A stretch of DNA of 64,000 nucleotides from NCBI GenBank assembly GCA_029881035.1, contig JAOUNI010000001.1, forward strand, positions 28,924 through 92,923. The letters are read 5' to 3'. Of the stretch, positions 32,739 through 42,850 are shown in pieces. The stretch is from Gammaproteobacteria bacterium. Lineage in GTDB: Bacteria > Pseudomonadota > Gammaproteobacteria > SZUA-229. The position numbers and the translations under genes were made by a program. The notes under the pieces were generated by a model. It did not search any database. It saw nothing but the letters and a program-made list of their open reading frames with translations, and was not told the DNA's origin. Each line of letters starts with the position of its first letter. Position 1 is the first letter of the stretch.

Positions 32739-34868
32739 ATGAGCCTGGGTGAAAGTTTTGAGTATCAATCACTGCAAACGTTAAAAGGTGTCGGCCCTGC
32801 CGTCGCTACCAAGTTAGAGAAGCTTGGACTTTATACCATCCAGGATATGCTCTTCCATTTTCCACTGAGATATGAAGATCGCACAAAAATTGTACCGATT
32901 GGCGCGTTGAGAGCGGGACAACAGGTTGTTATCGAAGGTGTAATTGAACATAGTGAGGTTCGCTTCAGTCGCAATGGTAGGAGTAGAGGAAAAAACAAAG
33001 CCTCCAGTGGCCGTTCATTACTTTGCTATTTATCTGATAGCACAGGCGGCATCGTATTACGTTTTTTTTATTTCAATGCTAGTCAGCAGGCAAATTTAAC
33101 CAGGGGCAAACGTGTGCGTTGTTTTGGTGAAGTTCGCCATGGTGCGGGTAACTTAGAAATTACCCATCCAGAATATCAGCAGCTGGTTGAGAATGAATCA
33201 TTGCCGGTAAAAAATACGCTGACACCAGTCTACCCAAGAACCGAGGGAGTTCATCAAGCACTTTTAAGAAATCTGGCTGAACAGGTGTTGATCGGGCTGA
33301 ATGAGGATAATGTGCCTGAATGGTTACCTGAGCAGTTACTAATGGAAAAAAGATTTCCTAATTTATCTCAGTCATTGAAAACGGTGCATCATCCGAGTGC
33401 AGATATATCGTTGAGTAGTATTGAAGCAGTTAAACATCCTGCGCAGCAGCGCCTGATTTTTGAGGAGCTGGTGGCGTATCGCCTGAGCATGATTCAGTTC
33501 AGGCAGGAGGTTAAAAAATATCAGGCATCGGCACAGTATATTGATGATGAAAGTCTAAAGGCGTTTATTAAAATATTGGGCTTTGAATTAACCGTGGCAC
33601 AAAAAAAAGTAATACACGAGATTATGAATGATTTGAAACAGACTGTGCCCATGATGCGTTTATTGCAGGGTGATGTTGGGTCTGGCAAGACAGTTGTCGC
33701 AGCCTGTGCTGCGTTGGCAGCAGTGCATAATTCATCCCAGGTGGCAATTATGGCACCAACAGAAATTCTGGCCAGTCAGTTATTTGATAATTTTAATCGC
33801 TGGTTTGAAAGTGCACGGAACAAAGATGTCTGTCTGTTGCTTACAGGAAAACACAAAGGCAAGATAAGAGAGGAAAAACTGAGTGCAATAAGAACGGGAG
33901 AAACCTGTGTGATTGTAGGTACACATGCGTTATTTCAGCAAGATGTTGAGTTTAAGAACCTGTCGCTAATAATAGTTGATGAGCAACATCGGTTTGGAGT
34001 ACATCAGCGTTTAACATTGCGCGAAAAAGGTTCTAAAAATGCTATTGCGCCTCACCAGCTGATTATGACAGCGACGCCTATACCGCGTAGTCTGGCCATG
34101 ACTGCTTATGCGGATCTGGATTATTCAGTGATTGATGAACTACCGGTGGGGCGAAAAAAAATTTCAACAGTAGTACTGTCTGACCAACGTAGAAGTGAAG
34201 TGATTGAACGTGTGGCGGAAGCGTGCAGGAGAGGTGGGCAGGCTTACTGGGTGTGCACTCTGGTAGAAGAATCTGAGGTTTTGCAATGTCAGGCGGCCGA
34301 GGAAACAGCGGCCAGGTTAAATCAGGATTTTCAGGATTTGAGCATCGGTTTAGTGCATGGACGGATGAAGCAGGATGAAAAAGATACCGTTGTCTCAAAA
34401 TTCAAAGCCGGTGAAATAAATTTACTGGTAGCGACGACAGTCATAGAAGTGGGTGTGGATGTACCAAATGCATCACTAATGGTGATTGAGAACGCTGAGC
34501 GACTGGGACTATCGCAGCTACATCAATTACGTGGGCGAGTCGGACGTGGGAAAAAACAAAGTGCCTGTGTACTGATGTACCAGTCGCCCTTATCTGAAAG
34601 AGCCAGGCAGCGCTTATCAATAGTACGTGAAAATCATAGTGGATTTATCATTGCACAGAAGGATCTTGAAATGAGAGGTGCGGGTGAGGTGTTGGGTACG
34701 CGGCAGACAGGCGTGGTTGGGATGAGGATCGCTGATGTAGTACGAGATGAATTTATGCTGGATGATGTTAAAGTAGCGGCAGCACAAATTCAGCAACAAT
34801 GGCCAGAAAGAATTAAGCCATTGGTGAAGCGCTGGATGGGGCGCGTTAACCAGTATGGTTCAGTATAA
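32739..34868 (+). CDS. recG: ATP-dependent DNA helicase RecG
   Basis: 709 aa. Wedge domain. Helicase motifs GDVGSGKT, DEQHRFG and the QLHQLRGRVGRG motif. Confidence 0.95.
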   Translation: MSLGESFEYQSLQTLKGVGPAVATKLEKLGLYTIQDMLFHFPLRYEDRTKIVPIGALRAGQQVVIEGVIEHSEVRFSRNGRSRGKNKASSGRSLLCYLSDSTGGIVLRFFYFNASQQANLTRGKRVRCFGEVRHGAGNLEITHPEYQQLVENESLPVKNTLTPVYPRTEGVHQALLRNLAEQVLIGLNEDNVPEWLPEQLLMEKRFPNLSQSLKTVHHPSADISLSSIEAVKHPAQQRLIFEELVAYRLSMIQFRQEVKKYQASAQYIDDESLKAFIKILGFELTVAQKKVIHEIMNDLKQTVPMMRLLQGDVGSGKTVVAACAALAAVHNSSQVAIMAPTEILASQLFDNFNRWFESARNKDVCLLLTGKHKGKIREEKLSAIRTGETCVIVGTHALFQQDVEFKNLSLIIVDEQHRFGVHQRLTLREKGSKNAIAPHQLIMTATPIPRSLAMTAYADLDYSVIDELPVGRKKISTVVLSDQRRSEVIERVAEACRRGGQAYWVCTLVEESEVLQCQAAEETAARLNQDFQDLSIGLVHGRMKQDEKDTVVSKFKAGEINLLVATTVIEVGVDVPNASLMVIENAERLGLSQLHQLRGRVGRGKKQSACVLMYQSPLSERARQRLSIVRENHSGFIIAQKDLEMRGAGEVLGTRQTGVVGMRIADVVRDEFMLDDVKVAAAQIQQQWPERIKPLVKRWMGRVNQYGSV

Positions 34869-34946
34869 AAAATGATGGATAGCTGGAAGATAGAAGCCCG
34901 CTCGTCTATGTAATAGGCATTAATAAATAAATTACACCGGTGGCTG

Positions 34947-36845
34947 ATGCTCAAATTTCTGAAAAATAATACTGAGTTGAATATTTCAGGCGAAATTGAT
35001 GTTTATGACGACGTCGTTCGAAAAACACAGGTCATTCGATTAATAGAAAGCTCCGGATTTAATAATCTTGTTAGTTTGACTATGGCGATAACCTGGGTGG
35101 GGCTGATCTGGGACAAGTTGCCACCAATTGTTTTAAGCGTCTGGCTGGCAATGATGATTTTTTTATTTCTATGCTGTGTCATTGTTCAGCATCTGGGCCT
35201 GTATAAGAAGGATGATTTTTACATTTCAGCAGAAGTTGCCAAACGATGGTATTTACTGGCGGTGATATTTATTGCTATGGGCTGGGGCATTGCATCAACA
35301 TTGATGTTTCCCTACAGGCAAATCGAGCAAATTATTCTGGCCTTTATTCTGGTTGGTGTTTCAGCCAGTAGTTTAAGTTTTTCAAATGTGACATGGGTTT
35401 ATTCAGCTTACGTTGGATTTATTTTAGTACCACTGGCTGTACGGCTCTTTTATATTGGAGGTGATGTTTATTATGCTCTGTCAGGTATGACGGTGTTTAT
35501 GCTAGGCGCAATTATACTGGCAGCAAATCGTATTAATAGAGCTTCATCGGATGCATTAAGGTTGTCATTAAAGAATGAAGATCTTATTAAAAATCTTACG
35601 CGGGCATCCAATGACATGGAAAGCCTGAATCAATCGCTAACTACCGAGATAGAACATGTAAAAAAAGTTGAAGGTGAATTGAAGAAAGCCAAAAACGAGG
35701 CGGAAAGAATGAGCCGAACCAAAGGTGAGTTTTTGGCGAATATGAGCCATGAAATTCGTACGCCTATGAATGGCGTGATTGGTACGCTTCAGCTTTTAGA
35801 AGATACCACGTTAACCGAATCCCAACGTGAGTATGTTAGTGTTGCCTATAAATCAGCTGATGCTCTGTTATCTATTTTGAATGATATTCTTGACCTCTCA
35901 AAAATTGAAGCGGGTAAGCTTGAGTTTGAATCTATTCCGTTTGATTTAAGAGAAATTGTTAATGATGTGGTTGTCTTGCATGCATTAAAAGCCGAGCAGT
36001 CAGGTATTTATTTAAAAAGTGAAATAGATAAATCTGTACCAGACAGGGTGGTGGGTGATCCTACTCGAATTCGACAAGTATTAGTGAATTTGATTTCCAA
36101 TGCGATGAAATTTACTACTAAAGGAGGAGTGATTGTTCGACTTAAACTTAAGCTTAAAGATGAAAAAGAGACCTTGATTCGTATTGAAGTTGAAGATACT
36201 GGTGTCGGTATTCCAACCAGTAAACACCAAAAGTTGTTTATGGCTTTTTCGCAGGCAGATGGCTCAACAACACGCAAGTATGGAGGCACTGGTTTGGGTC
36301 TGGCTATTGTCCGGCAACTAATTGAAATGATGCATGGTAATCTGGGCATTGAAAGTGAAGTTGGCAAAGGCTCAAAATTCTGGTTTGTTCTACCTCTGGG
36401 CATTGCTGGTGACCAGGAATCCTCCGCTTCACCAAAAGTTGTAGACATAAAGGTGGAGCTTAAAGGCCGCGTATTGCTAGTTGAAGATAACCCGGTCAAT
36501 CAGATGGTGGCCAAAAAAATGCTAGAAAAAGTTGGTCTGGAATCGGTATTGGCCATCAATGGGAGGGAGGCATTGGAATATTTACAGGAGGAGAGATTTG
36601 ATGCTGTCTTAATGGATTGCCAGATGCCGGAAATGGATGGCTTTGAGGCTACACGTTTGTGGCGTGAGCAGGAGCAGTTGTCCGGGGCTAAGCGTTTACC
36701 CATTATTGCAATGACGGCAAATGTGATGGAGGGCGATCGGGAGTTATGCTTGAAATCTGGCATGGATGACTATTTGGGTAAGCCTGTCAGGCAGGTAGAG
36801 CTAGGCCAGGTTTTGCGTCGCTGGATAATAAATAATGAGCATTAA
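34947..36845 (+). CDS. Hybrid sensor histidine kinase/response regulator with polytopic N-terminal membrane sensor
   Basis: About six TM helices. HisKA H-box ANMSHEIRTPMNGVIG. HATPase_c (G1/G2 boxes). C-terminal receiver (LLVEDNPVNQ...MDCQMPEMDG). No HPt domain. Confidence 0.85.
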   Translation: MLKFLKNNTELNISGEIDVYDDVVRKTQVIRLIESSGFNNLVSLTMAITWVGLIWDKLPPIVLSVWLAMMIFLFLCCVIVQHLGLYKKDDFYISAEVAKRWYLLAVIFIAMGWGIASTLMFPYRQIEQIILAFILVGVSASSLSFSNVTWVYSAYVGFILVPLAVRLFYIGGDVYYALSGMTVFMLGAIILAANRINRASSDALRLSLKNEDLIKNLTRASNDMESLNQSLTTEIEHVKKVEGELKKAKNEAERMSRTKGEFLANMSHEIRTPMNGVIGTLQLLEDTTLTESQREYVSVAYKSADALLSILNDILDLSKIEAGKLEFESIPFDLREIVNDVVVLHALKAEQSGIYLKSEIDKSVPDRVVGDPTRIRQVLVNLISNAMKFTTKGGVIVRLKLKLKDEKETLIRIEVEDTGVGIPTSKHQKLFMAFSQADGSTTRKYGGTGLGLAIVRQLIEMMHGNLGIESEVGKGSKFWFVLPLGIAGDQESSASPKVVDIKVELKGRVLLVEDNPVNQMVAKKMLEKVGLESVLAINGREALEYLQEERFDAVLMDCQMPEMDGFEATRLWREQEQLSGAKRLPIIAMTANVMEGDRELCLKSGMDDYLGKPVRQVELGQVLRRWIINNEH

Positions 36846-36903
36846 TTATTTATTTATTATTTATGTCTTGTAGAATTCGCCTTCATTCTTTGGCGAGACA
36901 ATT

Positions 36904-37446
36904 ATGAGTTCGAATGGTATTTCACAACGTTGGTATCAGCGTAAGCAACTCTTTTCAAAACATTTGTCTGCTGATAAACGTTCCTGGTTGTTTGATACTT
37001 CATCATTAACTGCGAGACTGATTCGATATAGTTCAGGTAATTTTCATGTTGAATTGTTGTCCCAAATAATTGGGCGGCCAACGCTGGATGAAGCTAAGGC
37101 GCTTAATATAGCAACTGGACAGTATGCTTTAATCAGGCAGGTGCATCTCTGTTGTTCAAATAAAATAGTGGTTTATGCACGTACGGTGATACCCTTAAGC
37201 ACTCTTAAAGGTGCTGAGCGCAGCTATGGTACTTTAGGTAGCCGGCCTTTGGGCGCGATGTTATTTGCGGATCGAAGCATGCGTCGTAATGAAATTATGG
37301 TAACCAGGTTGCTGCCCGAAAATGCATTGTATGAAAAAACCGGTGCACAAGGTGAGGCAGTATGGGGACGTCGCTCGGTTTTTTATGTAGGTGAAAAACC
37401 GCTATTGGTCAGTGAATATTATTTACCGAGTTTATTCAGTTATTAG
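36904..37446 (+). CDS. ubiC: Chorismate--pyruvate lyase
   Basis: Collinear with E. coli UbiC (RTVIPLSTL...LG..PLG...WGRRS...GEKPLLVSEYYLPS). Confidence 0.8.
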   Translation: MSSNGISQRWYQRKQLFSKHLSADKRSWLFDTSSLTARLIRYSSGNFHVELLSQIIGRPTLDEAKALNIATGQYALIRQVHLCCSNKIVVYARTVIPLSTLKGAERSYGTLGSRPLGAMLFADRSMRRNEIMVTRLLPENALYEKTGAQGEAVWGRRSVFYVGEKPLLVSEYYLPSLFSY

Positions 37447-38136
37447 TTTTTCTGCATTCGTTGAATCTGTAGTAGTTTTAATTTCTGTCATTTTTAAAAT
37501 AACAATTTGTTGTTTCGGTACATCCTGGCCAAACGGACCGTCAGCACCAGTTTCTACTTCAGACATCATGTTGATTACATCCATGCCCTGAGTTACTTTT
37601 CCAAATACAGCATAACCCCAGCCGCTCATGTTTTTACCGGTATGATCAAGAAATGAATTATCTGCCGTATTAATAAAGAACTGGTTGGTGGCAGAATGTG
37701 GCGCACTCGTACGTGCCATGGCGATACTGCCAGGTAAGTTTTTTAGGCCGTTGAAAGCTTCGTTGGGAATAGGACGTTGTGTCTCAGTTTTTGCATAATC
37801 AGTGGTATAACCACCGCCCTGATTCATAAAATTCTTTATGACGCGGTGAAAAATCGTACCATCGTAGGTGCCGGCATTGGTGTAGTAGAGAAAGTTCTTA
37901 ACTGTTTCAGGGGCTTTATCCGGGTAAAGTTCTAGCATGACATCACCCATAGAGGTTTCCATTTTTACATTGATGATGGTACCCAGATCGAACGGGTCGG
38001 TTAATATCGTAGTTACTTCAGAATCTACAGGTTCGCTGTCTACTATTGTTGTATAGGTTTGTGTTAATTCAACAAAAAGAATTGCCGAGCCCAGACCTAA
38101 AAAAAGTGCGAGTGCAGCGAAAATGTATTTTTTCAT
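37432..38136 (-). CDS. ppiA: Cyclophilin-type peptidyl-prolyl cis-trans isomerase, periplasmic
   Basis: Signal peptide. Cyclophilin motifs FHRVIKNFMNQGG...GSIAMAR...SQFFI. Confidence 0.85.
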   Translation of the reverse strand: MKKYIFAALALFLGLGSAILFVELTQTYTTIVDSEPVDSEVTTILTDPFDLGTIINVKMETSMGDVMLELYPDKAPETVKNFLYYTNAGTYDGTIFHRVIKNFMNQGGGYTTDYAKTETQRPIPNEAFNGLKNLPGSIAMARTSAPHSATNQFFINTADNSFLDHTGKNMSGWGYAVFGKVTQGMDVINMMSEVETGADGPFGQDVPKQQIVILKMTEIKTTTDSTNAEKLITE

Positions 38137-38196
38137 AATTAGAATCTTGCTTGAGTATTAATGTGGTCGGTAATTTAGCTGAAAACTGCAGACTTG

Positions 38197-38868
38197 TCAG
38201 CTTGCAGAAGGTATTGTTTTAGTTTGTTCTGAGTCTATGGAATCTTTTTGTGTGAGTTGAGTTTCGTGAATGCCTATTGCTCTTAGAAACAGCGTAACCA
38301 GCTCACGACTTAGTTCGCTCAGGCTGACATCGATTAGACGATCTTGAGGTTGTAGGTACTTTTGCAACAGTGCTTCACGTACCATTCCTTGAAACATTAA
38401 GCTGGCAGAAAGAATTTTAATTTCTCTGTCGGCAATATCGTAAGCCAGGCGTTCATTCATGCTGTAGTTGATGTAGTCGGCAAAACTTTTCCAGCGATTT
38501 TCAAAAAATTCACTGGTTGCAGGATTGCCGTCAAGCAGGCTTTGCATCTCTATACGTAGTAAGTTGGGGTTTTCGTCGATGCTGCGGATAAAAACCTCAG
38601 TCATACCAATGAGGACTTCTTCAAAGTTAGCGTCGCTGTTGACCACCGCCTCAACATAGCTTTCACGTTGCGAGGAGAGCTCCTGCAGAACCGCATCGTA
38701 AAGATCCTGTTTGGATTTAAAGTGTCGATACAGAATAGCGGGGCTGACGTTGACGGCACGGGCAATTTCATCGATAGAAACGCCATGAAATCCTTTATCA
38801 GCAAACAGTCGTTGCGCTTCCTTGAGGATTGACTGTCTGCGCTCAGGGCCTGATAAGCGAGTGTTCAT
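38197..38868 (-). CDS. TetR family transcriptional regulator
   Basis: N-terminal HTH RRQSILKEAQRLFADKGFHGVSIDEIARAVNVSPAILYRHFKSKQDLY. Confidence 0.85.
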   Translation of the reverse strand: MNTRLSGPERRQSILKEAQRLFADKGFHGVSIDEIARAVNVSPAILYRHFKSKQDLYDAVLQELSSQRESYVEAVVNSDANFEEVLIGMTEVFIRSIDENPNLLRIEMQSLLDGNPATSEFFENRWKSFADYINYSMNERLAYDIADREIKILSASLMFQGMVREALLQKYLQPQDRLIDVSLSELSRELVTLFLRAIGIHETQLTQKDSIDSEQTKTIPSAS

Positions 38869-38905
38869 AAATAAACGTTCAGCAAACCCTGAGAGACAGT
38901 GCTGA

Positions 38906-39136
38906 TTAAGATTTCTTAATCATGAAGACAAATTTGCCGCCTTCTTCACCACTTGAAAGCAGTGTATTGCCAGTTTGTTTACAAAAAGCTTCAAAATCCT
39001 TAACAGAACCTGGATCGGTTGCAATAATTCTAAGTGTTTGACCATCTTCAAGACCAGCAATAGCCTTTTTAGCGCGCAAAATAGGTAGTGGGCAGTTTAG
39101 TCCGCTGGCATCCAGTTCTGAATCAAAATCGCTCAT
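38906..39136 (-). CDS. TusA-like sulfurtransferase
   Basis: 76 aa with the CPxP motif (LDASGLNCPLPILRAKKA). Confidence 0.8.
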   Translation of the reverse strand: MSDFDSELDASGLNCPLPILRAKKAIAGLEDGQTLRIIATDPGSVKDFEAFCKQTGNTLLSSGEEGGKFVFMIKKS

Positions 39137-39224
39137 AATAAAACCTCATAGTTAGTTGTTAGTTGGGTCACAAAGAAAGTGAACGATCACTAACTTAGGC
39201 TAAGATGGGCCAAATGTCAAGAGT

Positions 39225-39572
39225 TCAGAGGAAAGAGATATCAAGATTGATAATGAGAGAGTTATCAATAATCTCGATTTTGACAGGAGTTAGCTTTTCG
39301 CCGGTACAGGGGCCGTGGATGCACTGGCCGGTGTCAATTTCAAACAATGCATTGTGAGTGGCGCACTGGATAAAAGTATGGTCTCTATCCAGAAATTGAT
39401 CATCTAGCCATTCCAGATTGACGCCGGTATGTGGGCATGAATTGATAAATGCATAAAATTCGCCATCCTTGTGGATAACAAAAATATCAAAAATCTTACT
39501 ATTATGTGCAAGCTGGAAAGCCTTGCTGCCGGGATCTTGAATATCTGATATGGAGCAGAGAGCGGTTGTCAT
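39225..39572 (-). CDS. Rieske [2Fe-2S] domain protein (small ferredoxin)
   Basis: CPH...(17 residues)...CATH Rieske boxes plus a conserved downstream Cys/Pro (CIHGPC). Confidence 0.8.
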   Translation of the reverse strand: MTTALCSISDIQDPGSKAFQLAHNSKIFDIFVIHKDGEFYAFINSCPHTGVNLEWLDDQFLDRDHTFIQCATHNALFEIDTGQCIHGPCTGEKLTPVKIEIIDNSLIINLDISFL

Positions 39573-39653
39573 ACAGAATGATAAGTTAAGCTGATTAAGA
39601 ATATTAATTCTGTGTAAGATAACATGAGTTTAAATGCATAGAAAAGATAACAC

Positions 39654-40865
39654 ATGAATGAATTAAACCTGATTGATTTAGTAATGCTGATTTTATTGCT
39701 GGTCGCTGTAGTGTTGTTATGGCGGATACACGGTCAGCAGCTGCGTATAGATATGCGTAATGACGAGCAGACCCGGCAGTTTCAGAACATTGAGTCCATA
39801 CTTCGTGAAACACGAGATTCTCAGCTCAAGAGCCTTGCAGAGATGCAGGCCAGGTTTGAGCAGCGTTTTGGTGAAATGCAGCACAGCATTGAAAAACGTC
39901 TGGGTGAGATGGGACAGATCAGTATCGAAAAAATGGCGGACTCTAATAAAAAAATGCAGGAGTTGTTGCATGAACGATTAAATGAAATCAGTGGTCAGGT
40001 AGAAAAACGGTTAAATAAAGGTTTTGAAAAAACCACTGAAACCTTTATTGATGTGGTCAAGCGTTTAGCCATTATTGATGAGGCGCAAAAAAAGATTACC
40101 GAGCTTTCCAGCAGCGTAGTGAGTTTACAGGAAGTGTTATCTGATAAACGATCACGCGGAGCCTTTGGTGAAGTGCAGATGGCAGCACTGGTGCGCAATA
40201 TGATGCCGGAGAATCATTTTTCATTGCAGCATAGTCTATCAAATGGAACACGCGTAGATTGCATGCTGTTTCTACCCGAACCGACGGGAGATCTGGCCAT
40301 AGATTCAAAATTCCCGCTGGATTCCTACAAACGCATGATGGATAACGAACTGACAGAATCGGAACGACAGGTTGCTGAGCGTCAGTTTCGCCAGGATGTG
40401 AAAAAACACATCAAGGATATTTCCGAAAAATATATTATTCCCGGTGAAACTTCAGATAGTGCAATTATGTTTATTCCAGCTGAGGCCGTATTTGCAGAAA
40501 TACATGCACATCAGTCAGAATTAGTTGAAGAGTCACATCGTAAACGTGTCTGGATGGTGTCACCATCGACGCTGATGGCAGTGTTAACCACGGTGCGTGC
40601 TGTGCTCAAGGATGCAGCCACGCGTAAACAGGTTCATCTAATTCAGGAGCATCTGGTGGGCTTGTCAAAAGATTTTGGACGATTCAAAAATCGTATGGAT
40701 GATTTGTCAAAACATATTCGAATGGCAAATGATGATGTTGGCAAAGTAAATACATCAGCGCAGAAAATTAGTAGTCGCTTTGAAAAAATAGAAAAGGTTG
40801 AACTGGAAGGCCCAGATATGGATCTGCTAGATCAGGATATAGATGATATAGGTGATGAAGAGTAG
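39654..40865 (+). CDS. rmuC: DNA recombination protein RmuC
   Basis: N-terminal TM, long coiled-coil, and C-terminal RmuC nuclease-like region (FIPAEAVFAEI...MVSPSTLMAVL). Confidence 0.85.
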   Translation: MNELNLIDLVMLILLLVAVVLLWRIHGQQLRIDMRNDEQTRQFQNIESILRETRDSQLKSLAEMQARFEQRFGEMQHSIEKRLGEMGQISIEKMADSNKKMQELLHERLNEISGQVEKRLNKGFEKTTETFIDVVKRLAIIDEAQKKITELSSSVVSLQEVLSDKRSRGAFGEVQMAALVRNMMPENHFSLQHSLSNGTRVDCMLFLPEPTGDLAIDSKFPLDSYKRMMDNELTESERQVAERQFRQDVKKHIKDISEKYIIPGETSDSAIMFIPAEAVFAEIHAHQSELVEESHRKRVWMVSPSTLMAVLTTVRAVLKDAATRKQVHLIQEHLVGLSKDFGRFKNRMDDLSKHIRMANDDVGKVNTSAQKISSRFEKIEKVELEGPDMDLLDQDIDDIGDEE

Positions 40866-40876
40866 GAGAAAATAAA

Positions 40877-41896
40877 ATGCAGGAGACGGGTTTTTCAAAA
40901 ACATCCAGAGTTATATTAGTGGCTGCGGCACTGGTTATTATTATTACAGGCATGAAATTGGCAGCAACATTACTGGTTCCTTTTTTGTTGTCTTTATTTA
41001 TTGCAATCTTATGTTTTCCTATGATGCTAGAGCTACAGAAAAAAGGTGTAGGTGAAAATGTTTCATTGTTTTTAGTTATTGCTTTAGTTTTTATTGTGGG
41101 TCTGGCTATTGCCATGTTGATTGGAAATTCGGTGGATGATTTTTCAAAAAACTTACCGGCTTATCAGCTCCGTATAACAGAACAATGGCAGGTATTTATT
41201 CAATGGATGGCAAATCAGGGTGTGGTGTTGCCAGCTGATTATTTAAAATCAAATCTTGATCCGAAAGCGGCAATGAAGATGGTGGCATCAATTTTGTCGG
41301 GTTTTGGTAATGTGCTGGCGAATTCATTTTTAATATTTCTAACGGTGATTTTTATCTTGCTGGAAACAGCCACTTTTTCTAAAAAAATAACCGCATTCGG
41401 AGGTGAGCAGGGCAGTGATTTTTCTACAGTGTTTACCGATAAGCTCAGAATGTATATGAGTATTAAAACATGGATGAGTGCGGCAACAGGTATGCTGGTA
41501 GCGCTGTGGTTATGGTTTTTAGGTGTGGATTACCCGGCTTTATGGGGTGTGCTGGCTTTTATGCTTAATTATGTGCCCAATATTGGATCCATTATCGCAG
41601 CGGTGCCTGCTGTGTTATTGGCCTTGATACAAGTGGGTATGGGTACTGCCTTTCTGGTGATGGCCGGTTATATGGCCATTAATATTATTATTGGCAATGT
41701 CATTGAGCCTAAATACATGGGCAAAGGTTTAGGTTTGTCTACGCTAGTCGTGTTTCTATCTCTGGTATTCTGGGGCTGGGTTTTGGGTACAGCGGGGATG
41801 TTGTTGTCTGTGCCGTTGACGGTGGCTGTTAAACTGGCGCTGGATAGTAAAAAAGAAAGTCAGTGGATGGGTGCTCTTCTGGGTTCTGCAGAGTAG
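40877..41896 (+). CDS. AI-2E family transporter (PerM/TqsA-like)
   Basis: Eight-TM protein with AI-2E signature segments (LLVPFLLSLFIA..., NYVPNIGSIIAAVP). Confidence 0.8.
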   Translation: MQETGFSKTSRVILVAAALVIIITGMKLAATLLVPFLLSLFIAILCFPMMLELQKKGVGENVSLFLVIALVFIVGLAIAMLIGNSVDDFSKNLPAYQLRITEQWQVFIQWMANQGVVLPADYLKSNLDPKAAMKMVASILSGFGNVLANSFLIFLTVIFILLETATFSKKITAFGGEQGSDFSTVFTDKLRMYMSIKTWMSAATGMLVALWLWFLGVDYPALWGVLAFMLNYVPNIGSIIAAVPAVLLALIQVGMGTAFLVMAGYMAINIIIGNVIEPKYMGKGLGLSTLVVFLSLVFWGWVLGTAGMLLSVPLTVAVKLALDSKKESQWMGALLGSAE

Positions 41897-41985
41897 TCTG
41901 ACAATTAATCAGAGTAATTTTTATTGCTAAATGACATCTTCAACTTTGCTGATGGTTTATCAGTAAAGTTGAAGATGTATTGATA

Positions 41986-42678
41986 TTATTTAGCAGCTTT
42001 GATATCCAGTAACTCAATATCAAAAATCAGAGTTGAATTGGGTTGTATAAATTGGCCACGTTGTGCTCCACCGTAAGCAATATCAGATGGGATATATAAT
42101 TGCCATTTAGCTCCCACTTTCATCAGCTGGAGTGCTTCTGTCCAGCCTTTAATAACAGCTTTAACAGGGAAGGTGGCAGGTTGATTGCGTTGATAAGAAC
42201 TATCAAAAACCTGGCCATCAATGAGTCGACCTTCGTAATGAGTCACTACAGTGTCATCCAGTTTAGGGGTGGCGCCTGTACCAGCAGTAATGACTTTATA
42301 CTGTAAGCCGCTGGCAGTGGTGATAACGCCTTCTTTGCTGGCATTAGCATTTAGAAAGGTTTTGCCGGCCGCCAAATTTTCAGCGCCAGCTGCTTTTTGT
42401 TTTTCTATGAGTGCATTTTGAATTTTCTGCTGGAAGTCCAGTCTTGCTTGCGACATCTCAGCATCGGTTAATAGCGGTTTTTTTCCTGCAGTTGCATCTT
42501 TAAGGCCATGAATCAGCGCATTAAGATCCAGTTCTGCGCCCTGTGCATTCATGCGGGTAATAAAGTCGACACCGATGCTATAACTGGCTTTTTCCTCAAG
42601 AGTGTTGAGTCCTTGATTTGCCGCGTGGACGATGGATGGTAGTGTGAAAGTGAGTGCAATAAGGTAAGAGGCGCGCAT
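41986..42678 (-). CDS. fkpA: FKBP-type peptidyl-prolyl isomerase (FkpA/FklB/Mip-like), periplasmic
   Basis: Signal peptide. N-terminal dimerisation helix. FKBP domain (VTHYEGRLIDGQVFDSS...IKGWTEALQLMKVGAKW). Confidence 0.85.
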   Translation of the reverse strand: MRASYLIALTFTLPSIVHAANQGLNTLEEKASYSIGVDFITRMNAQGAELDLNALIHGLKDATAGKKPLLTDAEMSQARLDFQQKIQNALIEKQKAAGAENLAAGKTFLNANASKEGVITTASGLQYKVITAGTGATPKLDDTVVTHYEGRLIDGQVFDSSYQRNQPATFPVKAVIKGWTEALQLMKVGAKWQLYIPSDIAYGGAQRGQFIQPNSTLIFDIELLDIKAAK

Positions 42679-42850
42679 GTATATTAATCCTGATTGATGT
42701 TGATAAAGCAGCGTGAAACATATCAGCTCACGAAACTAACATCAAGTCGCTTTCATGTTGTTGTTAATTGGACAATAATCACGCTACAGAAGATATAGAA
42801 CTTTTATTAATGACTATTGTCGATGTGCTGAAATTAATTAAGGAGACATT

